Of a DNA stretch of 64,000 nt, positions 57,257 to 64,000 are shown piece after piece. The first letter of the stretch is position 1. Every line of letters starts with the position of its first letter. The notes below the pieces were generated by a model, which made no database searches, was not told where the DNA came from, and saw nothing but the letters and a program-made list of their open reading frames with translations. The DNA is from Spirochaetia bacterium (lineage in GTDB: Bacteria > Spirochaetota > Spirochaetia > UBA9216), in the NCBI GenBank assembly GCA_963675665.1, contig OY776510.1:544001-608000 (forward strand), written 5' to 3'. Both the position numbers and the translations under genes were made by a program.

Positions 57257-58318
57257 TTAATCTTCCGGATATAATATAATTTTTATTGCTTCCTTGTCTC
57301 TAACCATTTGAAAAGCTTTCCTGAATTCCGATATCCCCATCTTGTGAGAAATCATTGATTTCAGATCAATTGTCCCGGAAGAGACAAGCCTCATTGAATT
57401 TCTCCATGACAGCCAATCATATCCAAAATGACCTTTGATACTCACACCTTTATCAATTACAGGATCAAGAGAAAAACCCAGAGGACGTTCATCATAACCT
57501 ATCTTAACTATTTCCCCTCCGGCTCGTGTAATCTCTATTGCCTGTTCAAGTACTTTCGAAACCCCTGCACAGTCGACGGTAAGAGCAACTCCTTCTGCTG
57601 CAGTTATTTTTTTCACAACGGCAAAAAGGTCGTCCTTATCCGATTTAATAATATCAGTTGCACCAAGTTTAACAGCAAGATCAAACCTGTCTTTGTCGGC
57701 TTCGAGGCCGATTGCAATAATTCTTGAGGCACCTGCAGCCTTTAAGGCCTGGATACTGAAAAGCCCCAGCGGTCCGACTCCGAAAACCGCCCCGATTTCT
57801 CCCGGCATAAAATTCGCTTCCTGACACACCGCTTTATAACCGTTGCAGCACGGATCAAGTATGGCGGCTTCTTCGAAAGACATATTATCAGGAATCGCCA
57901 TCAAACTCTGCGGAAACTTCTCGAGGGTACTTCCGTGAATTTTAACATATTTCGCAAACCCGCCGTCCATACCGTAACCCAGACCCAGGCGATCCGGGCA
58001 AACAAGATAATTGGATGTACCACAGGCATAACACTTTCCACAGACATGACCGGTATTATCCGAAACAACACGGTCGCCCATGTTCCAGTCAAAAACATTT
58101 TTCCCTTTTTCAGCAATAATCCCCGAGAATTCATGACCCAAAACAACGGGAGGTTTCAACAGGTTTTCATGCCCGCCGTCGTCAAAACCAATATCTGATC
58201 CGCAGACACCGGCAGCCTTGACTTCCAGAAGAATATCATTATCGCCTATTTCCGGAACAGGAACATCTCTCAGTTCCGTCTCACCTTTCCCGTATCCGTA
58301 TTTTACTACTGCTTTCAT
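57257..58318 (-). CDS. Zn-dependent dehydrogenase (YdjL-like)
   Basis: GVCGSD, GHEFSG, CGKCYAC...C, GVGPLG. Confidence 0.92.
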   Translation of the reverse strand: MKAVVKYGYGKGETELRDVPVPEIGDNDILLEVKAAGVCGSDIGFDDGGHENLLKPPVVLGHEFSGIIAEKGKNVFDWNMGDRVVSDNTGHVCGKCYACGTSNYLVCPDRLGLGYGMDGGFAKYVKIHGSTLEKFPQSLMAIPDNMSFEEAAILDPCCNGYKAVCQEANFMPGEIGAVFGVGPLGLFSIQALKAAGASRIIAIGLEADKDRFDLAVKLGATDIIKSDKDDLFAVVKKITAAEGVALTVDCAGVSKVLEQAIEITRAGGEIVKIGYDERPLGFSLDPVIDKGVSIKGHFGYDWLSWRNSMRLVSSGTIDLKSMISHKMGISEFRKAFQMVRDKEAIKIILYPED

Positions 58319-58353
58319 ATTTCATTCCTATAGAGTAATTACCCAAAACCGGA

Positions 58354-58382
58354 ATCCATACCTGAAAAAATCAGGTATGGAT
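58354..58382 (-). other. Stem-loop after SBP gene
   Basis: ATCCATACCTGA-aaaaa-TCAGGTATGGAT. Confidence 0.65.
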
Positions 58383-58390
58383 AATCCAGA

Positions 58391-59344
58391 TTATTTGTTG
58401 AAAGCAGCCAGATACGGAGCTACATTTGCTTTGGTCAAACCGATCATGTTAATGTAGTTTTCCTTGATCTCAGGGGTTCCGCCGTTAATCAGCGTTAATG
58501 CGGCATCAAATGCAAGACTTCCTTCAAGTACAGCATCCTGAAATACCGTATATTCCATCTTGCCGGTGTCGATCGCAACACATGCGTCATAAATTGCATC
58601 AATTCCTGTAACTATAACATCATCAAGCATACCTTCGGCTTCAAGTGCCTGAATTGCGCCAAGGGCCATTTCATCATTGTGTGCTATAACAGCATCGATT
58701 TTGCTTCCGAAATCCTGAATATAGTTCTCCATCAGTTCAAGTGCGCCTTCTCTGGTCCAGTTTGCTGTTTTGATATCAAGAGCATTAACTCCGGGATTGG
58801 CATCAAGCATGTTTTTCACACCTTCTCTTCTGTCGACAGTTGCGGAATATCCTTCAGCACCTTCAAGAACTATACAGTTGAATTTTTCTCCAAGCTGTTC
58901 AATAGCATACTCAACCATCATTTCACCTGCCCTTACATCATCCGGACCGGCATAGGCATCAATTTTTTCAGAAGGAATACGCATGTTTACACCGACAAAG
59001 GGGATACCGGCTTCATTAGCCATTTCCACACCCTGTACCATTGAGTAAACATCGGCTGCCCCGACTATAATTGCGTCAACATCCTGGTTGATAAAATTCT
59101 GCACATGATCAAGCTGAGCTACAGCGTCCCACTGAGCATCAAGAACAATAAGCTTGATTCCTTCAGCATCCGCTTTTTCCTGCATTGCTTCAGTCATCAG
59201 TGTTGCAAACTCGGAAAGCCAGTAAATCGAATAACCGATAACAATCTGCTCATCCTTTGCTTCCTGCTGTCCGTTGCTGAAGACAGCACCTACTGCACCA
59301 AAAATCATAACCAATGCAAGTACTAAAATAAGACCCTTTTTCAT
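58391..59344 (-). CDS. Sugar/polyol ABC substrate-binding protein
   Basis: Leader ...VFSNGQQE, ANWTR, HNDEMALGA, GIDA, TVFQD. Confidence 0.93.
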   Translation of the reverse strand: MKKGLILVLALVMIFGAVGAVFSNGQQEAKDEQIVIGYSIYWLSEFATLMTEAMQEKADAEGIKLIVLDAQWDAVAQLDHVQNFINQDVDAIIVGAADVYSMVQGVEMANEAGIPFVGVNMRIPSEKIDAYAGPDDVRAGEMMVEYAIEQLGEKFNCIVLEGAEGYSATVDRREGVKNMLDANPGVNALDIKTANWTREGALELMENYIQDFGSKIDAVIAHNDEMALGAIQALEAEGMLDDVIVTGIDAIYDACVAIDTGKMEYTVFQDAVLEGSLAFDAALTLINGGTPEIKENYINMIGLTKANVAPYLAAFNK

Positions 59345-59381
59345 AACTGTTAACTCCTAAACTACTAAATTGTTTTCTTTG

Positions 59382-59413
59382 CGGATCTACGATCCGTACG
59401 GATCGTAGATCCG
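59382..59413. repeat. Perfect 32-bp palindrome
   Basis: CGGATCTACGATCCGTACGGATCGTAGATCCG equals its own reverse complement. Confidence 0.95.
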
Positions 59414-59537
59414 TTTTTAACTCCTTTTTTGCTGCAACTACTTCAGCTAAGTCAAATAATCCAACCTCCTTAAAATAATTATGTTTTTTATCTCATCCGC
59501 ACCAGCCAACCCCGGCTTTGGGTTGCCTGATGCTCCA

Positions 59538-60563
59538 TTATGCAGCTTTGGTAAAAGCATCCTTAATAGCATTTGATATATCTTTCAGCAAATCACGGTC
59601 GTTTCTGACCGAATCAATCAGCACGGCAAATACAATCACGCACCCCTGAATTATCTGCTGGGTGTAGGACTGGATATTCATCAGGTCCATTCCGTTTGAG
59701 ATAAACCCTATTATAAGAACACCGATCAGGGTCCCCCAGATGCTTCCTTTTCCGCCCGCAAGGCTTGTTCCTCCTAGAACAACAGCGGCTATGGCGTCCA
59801 TTTCATAACCCTGGGCTACCTGGGGCAGTCCCGCACTTATACGTGAGGTCAGAACAACCGATGCTACACCTGTAAAAAACCCTGCGAGCACATAAACCCC
59901 CAGTTTAACAACCCGGACGTTTATTCCGGATATTCTTGCAGCGTTTTCATTGCCCCCGACCGCGTAAATATACCTGCCGAACGAGGTATACCTGAGTATA
60001 CAGAATGTGGCCAGAACCGCCACAAGAAGGATGATGCTCGGTAACGGCAGTCCAAGAAATGAACCCTTGCCTATTACCAGGAAAGCTTTATGAACTCCCG
60101 AAATTGGTTTTCCGTTTGAAAAGATGAATGCGCTTCCCCGGGCTATGGTCATCATCGCAAGCGTCATGATAAAAGGCGGTATTCTGAGAAAAGAGACAAA
60201 AAACCCGGAAATAAAACCGATCAGCACGGCAAGTCCGATAGCAACCGGTATTGCTATTACCCAGGCCGGGTTCGCTTCATTCGCAATCTTTGCAGCAACA
60301 ACACTGGAGAAAGCAATAACGGAACCGACGCTCAATTCAATTCCGCCGGTAAGTATTACAAGCGTCATACCGGTTGCCACAAGTCCGTTTATGCTGACCT
60401 GGCGAAGAACACTTAAAAGATTTTTTGCCTTAAAAAAAGTATCTCCCGTTGCCAGTGCGAAAAACAGAAAGATTACCGCAAGAACAACCACCATATTATA
60501 ATCAAGAAGCCATTGACTAATGGAATTCTTTTTAACCCTTAATTCATTTTCTACTCTGATCAT
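59538..60563 (-). CDS. Sugar ABC permease (RbsC family)
   Basis: GGIELSVGS, PPFIMTL, GRYIYAVGGN..AARISG, YEMDAIAAVVLGG. Confidence 0.95.
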   Translation of the reverse strand: MIRVENELRVKKNSISQWLLDYNMVVVLAVIFLFFALATGDTFFKAKNLLSVLRQVSINGLVATGMTLVILTGGIELSVGSVIAFSSVVAAKIANEANPAWVIAIPVAIGLAVLIGFISGFFVSFLRIPPFIMTLAMMTIARGSAFIFSNGKPISGVHKAFLVIGKGSFLGLPLPSIILLVAVLATFCILRYTSFGRYIYAVGGNENAARISGINVRVVKLGVYVLAGFFTGVASVVLTSRISAGLPQVAQGYEMDAIAAVVLGGTSLAGGKGSIWGTLIGVLIIGFISNGMDLMNIQSYTQQIIQGCVIVFAVLIDSVRNDRDLLKDISNAIKDAFTKAA

Positions 60564-60579
60564 TATTTCCTCCGTTTCC

Positions 60580-62088
60580 TCAAGCTAAAGTAGCAAGGTG
60601 CATAATATTTTCCTGGGAAATCTCCGCTCCCGATAATTCACCCGTTGCCTTGCCTTCCCTTAAAACCATAACCCTGTCGCACATTCCTATTACTTCTTCC
60701 ATTTCAGAAGAAATGAAAATTACAGCCTTGCCCTTTTCTGCAAGTCCTGATATGTGATGATAAAAATCCGATTTGGCCGCGATATCTATTCCCCTGGTCG
60801 GTTCATCAAATATCATGATTTTACAGTCTCTTGAAAGCCACTTTGAAAGAACTACCTTCTGCTGATTTCCCCCGCTGAGGTTCTCAACATCCTGCTTCAG
60901 CGATGGAGTCTTTATGTTCAGTAAGTCCCTGTATTTCACTGACTCAGCATTAATCTTTTTCCAGTCGAGAAATTTCATTATTACTGATTTGAATTTCAGC
61001 AGGTTGGAAAGTACGACATTATCCATAATGTCCATTCCCATAATAAGCCCCTTCAGCTTTCTGTCGTCGGTAATCAATCCAAGACCGTACTGAATCGCCT
61101 TAACAGGGTTATAAATATTCTTTTTGGTTTTATCTATGAAAATTTCACCTTTTTCAAGATCATTGATACCGAATATTGCTTCTACAATTTCAGTACGCCC
61201 TGATCCCATCAACCCGGCAAGTCCGAATATTTCACCCGCATGAGCCTTGAAGGAAATGCCTTCAAAAACATTGCTCATTTTCAGGTTTTTTACCTCAAGC
61301 AAAGCTTCACCGCGGATATTTATGTTGCGCTTCGGGTAAACATCCGTCACGTCCCTGTCGACCATATGCTTAATCAGAACGTCTCTCGGCACATCCGTAT
61401 CAGAAAAATGAGCCACTCTGTTGCCGTCGCGCAGAACTGTAATTTCATCAGCTATTTCGTAAATTTCATCAAGTTTGTGAGAAATATAAATAATTGAATG
61501 TCCCTTGCTTATGATTCTGCGAATCAGTCCGAAAAGAACCTCTGTTTCGCTTTCCGTGATAGCTGAAGTCGGTTCATCCATAATAAAGATTCTTGAATCA
61601 AAGGAAACAGCTTTTGCTATTTCACACATCTGCATTTCCGCAACAGTCAGCGTTTTCATAAGGCGGTTCGGAGCTATTTCCATGCCCACTTCAGCCAGAA
61701 GTCTCCCGGCTTCCTTGTTAACTTTATTTTTATCAATAATAACGCCGCCTTTTCGTTTAAACTCTCTTCCGAGAAACATATTCTCGGCTACCGTCATTTC
61801 AAGAACATTGATCATTTCCTGGTGAATGATTGAAACGCCGCATTCCATGGCGTGCTTTCTGCCCGTCAAATGCTGAACTTCACCGTCTATCAGGACCTCT
61901 CCCGCATCCGCACGGGTCTCTCCGGCAAGAACTTTCATCAGTGTTGATTTACCCGCCCCGTTTTCCCCGAGCAGAGCATGTACTGTTCCGGGCCTGAGCT
62001 TAATGGATACATCATTAAGCGCCTGAACGCCGATATATGCTTTTGAGATATTTCTCATCTCCAACAGATATTTTTTTTCTGATTTCAT
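60580..62088 (-). CDS. Sugar ABC ATPase (RbsA/MglA family)
   Basis: GENGAGKST, DEPT, SHK, LSGGNQQK, DEPTRGID. Confidence 0.96.
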   Translation of the reverse strand: MKSEKKYLLEMRNISKAYIGVQALNDVSIKLRPGTVHALLGENGAGKSTLMKVLAGETRADAGEVLIDGEVQHLTGRKHAMECGVSIIHQEMINVLEMTVAENMFLGREFKRKGGVIIDKNKVNKEAGRLLAEVGMEIAPNRLMKTLTVAEMQMCEIAKAVSFDSRIFIMDEPTSAITESETEVLFGLIRRIISKGHSIIYISHKLDEIYEIADEITVLRDGNRVAHFSDTDVPRDVLIKHMVDRDVTDVYPKRNINIRGEALLEVKNLKMSNVFEGISFKAHAGEIFGLAGLMGSGRTEIVEAIFGINDLEKGEIFIDKTKKNIYNPVKAIQYGLGLITDDRKLKGLIMGMDIMDNVVLSNLLKFKSVIMKFLDWKKINAESVKYRDLLNIKTPSLKQDVENLSGGNQQKVVLSKWLSRDCKIMIFDEPTRGIDIAAKSDFYHHISGLAEKGKAVIFISSEMEEVIGMCDRVMVLREGKATGELSGAEISQENIMHLATLA

Positions 62089-62173
62089 CTGGTTTTATAC
62101 TGCCTCCTGCACTACCTGCCGACTCCTGGAAATCTAAAGAAGATCTTCATAAACTGCAGTTTTTAAAGATCCC

Positions 62174-63103
62174 CTATATTAATTCTACAGCCAGTTCCTC
62201 ATCGATTATCAGGATATTAAAATAGTTATGTCTTGATCCCGACGTACATCTGATTACATCACTTTTCAACTTTCCGGCTGCAACGCAAATTATATTTTCC
62301 GCTTTATCAATAATTGAGATTGGAACCCCCATGTATAGATCATGTTTGCTCCAGTTAATTTCATCTCCGTTCTCATCAATGAAAACCCCTGCAATATCCC
62401 CAATAGCATTAAGCTTTTCCAGTTCGGAAAAATCTTCCTCGGTAATTACTCCCCATTTGGAAGTAGTTGATTCCTTGCTGAAGGCACTTGCACTTATAAT
62501 GTTGATATTGGCTTCACAGGCAAGCTTGATAAGATTTTTATTATTCTGATCTGCTTTCAATTCGTTTTTAGCCTCAAGACTCTGGACATAATATGGAGCA
62601 TTTAAAATCATATGCTCCGCCCTTATTTTCTGGCATATCTTTATGATAATTCCCGTAGGGGTTTTCATCTCGCCATTGCGTGCGTAAAACCCTCCGGTCA
62701 ATTCAATAACCGTGCTGTCTTCCCGGTTCTGATATTTGAGATATTCGGCGAACTGTCCGATTGTATATCCCCAGGAAACCCCTAATACACCGTTTTCAGG
62801 CAACAGATGCATTACATATTCAGCCAGAAACTTTGCTACAGTGTCAGCACCGTTTTCCGACGGAACATTTTCTACAACAACACAATCCTTGAACCCGTAT
62901 TTGTCTTTAATTCTCTTGCTTAATTCCAGATTGATTTTATTCGGCATTCTTATATCAATATTTACAATTCCCCGATCCTCAGCCTCTTTTATCATTCTTG
63001 AAATAACCATCGGGCTGGTATTAAACATATTTGCAATTTCTTTCTGTTTTATTTTATCAATGTAGTAAGACTTTGCGACCATCGCCAAAGTAAAATCATC
63101 CAT
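62174..63103 (-). CDS. SorC/LsrR-type sugar-binding transcriptional regulator
   Basis: AKSYYID...QKEIA, GVSWGYT, LTGG, GDIAG, AAGKLK, IIDE. Confidence 0.9.
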   Translation of the reverse strand: MDDFTLAMVAKSYYIDKIKQKEIANMFNTSPMVISRMIKEAEDRGIVNIDIRMPNKINLELSKRIKDKYGFKDCVVVENVPSENGADTVAKFLAEYVMHLLPENGVLGVSWGYTIGQFAEYLKYQNREDSTVIELTGGFYARNGEMKTPTGIIIKICQKIRAEHMILNAPYYVQSLEAKNELKADQNNKNLIKLACEANINIISASAFSKESTTSKWGVITEEDFSELEKLNAIGDIAGVFIDENGDEINWSKHDLYMGVPISIIDKAENIICVAAGKLKSDVIRCTSGSRHNYFNILIIDEELAVELI

Positions 63104-63123
63104 CTGAATTATCCTGTATCATA

Positions 63124-63211
63124 TGTTGTTATAAATAACGTAATAAATAGTTATTTATAACTAATTTGTTATTTATAACAACAGCATAATATATAATTCC
63201 TGTTCTGTCAA
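63124..63211 (-). promoter_or_regulatory. sigma70 promoter plus triple 12-bp operator-like boxes
   Basis: TTGACA (63206-63211)-17 bp-TATGCT; GTTATTTATAAC at 63150 and 63168 and its reverse complement at 63128. Confidence 0.65.
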
Positions 63212-63263
63212 ATTTTTCTTATAAATTTTGTCAGGAAGTTTGTCAAAATCCGGAATAATCAAT

Positions 63264-63304
63264 AAAAAAGGGGGGGGAATCTTTGAAAAAGACGCCCCCC
63301 CCTT
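63264..63304 (-). terminator. Intrinsic terminator
   Basis: AA-G8...C8-TT stem with a 6-U tract on the minus strand. Confidence 0.7.
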
Positions 63305-63343
63305 AACGGTACCGGAAAGTATCCGGTTAAAAACTACTGATCT

Positions 63344-64000
63344 TTATACCGATCCTATAGCGGCATGCATAACCATTTCCTGATCGGCCTCTTCCTTTAA
63401 CAGGTCAGCGGTCAGTTTTCCCTCATGCATTACAAGAATTCTGTCTGCAAGATGAAAAACTTCAGGCAGCTCGGAAGATATTACAATAATCGACATGCCG
63501 CGATCCGCTAGTTCTGAAATTATATTATGGACCTCGGCTTTGGCCCCTACATCAATTCCGCGTGTAGGCTCATCCAGAATGAGAAGATCCGGTTCAAGGG
63601 CAAGAGATTTTGCAATTACAACCTTCTGCTGATTCCCCCCCGACAGGGTTTCCACAACCTGCTCGCGGGAACTGACCTTGGTTTTAAGATCGGAAATGTA
63701 CCGATCGGTTATTTCCTTTTCAGCTGATGCATTTATAAGTTTCAACAGGCTGCTTACTTTATCATGGATACTGAGAGTTGTGTTCTCACGCACCGTCATC
63801 GGCAGAACCAAACCAAGGTTCTTTCGATCTTCGGGCAGATAAGCAATCCTGGCCGCAACAGAATCTCGCGGGGTTCTGATTGAGACCTCCCGTCCTTTTA
63901 CAAACATCCGGCCGCCGGTTTTTTTCTCAGCTCCTATTATCAGTTTGGCCAGCTCAGTCCGCCCTGCCCCTACCAGTCCGGCAAGCCCCACAATCTCTCC
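63344..64000 (-). CDS. Sugar ABC ATPase, C-terminal part (5' end outside the window)
   Basis: GEIVGLAGLVGAGRTE, PEDRK, LSGGNQQK, DEPTRGIDVGAK. Confidence 0.95.
   Translation of the reverse strand, partial: GEIVGLAGLVGAGRTELAKLIIGAEKKTGGRMFVKGREVSIRTPRDSVAARIAYLPEDRKNLGLVLPMTVRENTTLSIHDKVSSLLKLINASAEKEITDRYISDLKTKVSSREQVVETLSGGNQQKVVIAKSLALEPDLLILDEPTRGIDVGAKAEVHNIISELADRGMSIIVISSELPEVFHLADRILVMHEGKLTADLLKEEADQEMVMHAAIGSV

Noticed and set aside
59345-59537. Extra SD-like motifs (AGGAGG, AAGGAG) in the permease-SBP spacer suggesting a small gene
   Set aside because: They are followed only by very short frames; no credible ORF

Overview
A 64 kb bacterial chromosomal segment, most likely from a free-living spirochaete (Spirochaetaceae-like, inferred from the 'GGQQE'-type solute-binding protein leaders, the Bat/MoxR operon and the many sugar ABC systems). 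From left to right: batD-TPR-batB-batA-DUF58-moxR-argJ operon; PHP phosphatase and HD-GYP genes; a complete IS110-family (IS1111-type) element inserted at a CT core inside a REP-like palindrome, whose 3' non-coding end folds into a bridge RNA with guides matching its own target and donor; a radical SAM/solute-binding-domain fusion plus methyltransferase facing a FecBCD-type ABC operon that contains a CX5CX2C (HcgA/HmdB-like) radical SAM gene and sits behind a P3-less Moco/Tuco riboswitch; tRNA-Arg(CCT); MASE3 kinase; a MalT-like cassette; polyol/sugar and pseudouridine catabolic genes; a large secreted protein with four tandem beta-rich repeats broken by two in-frame stops; and several sugar ABC operons. 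One of these operons has a consensus sigma54 promoter and is divergent from an NtrC-type regulator and a soluble histidine kinase whose input domain is a sugar-ABC ATPase domain. All family assignments come from reading motifs by eye; no database searches or folding programs were run.
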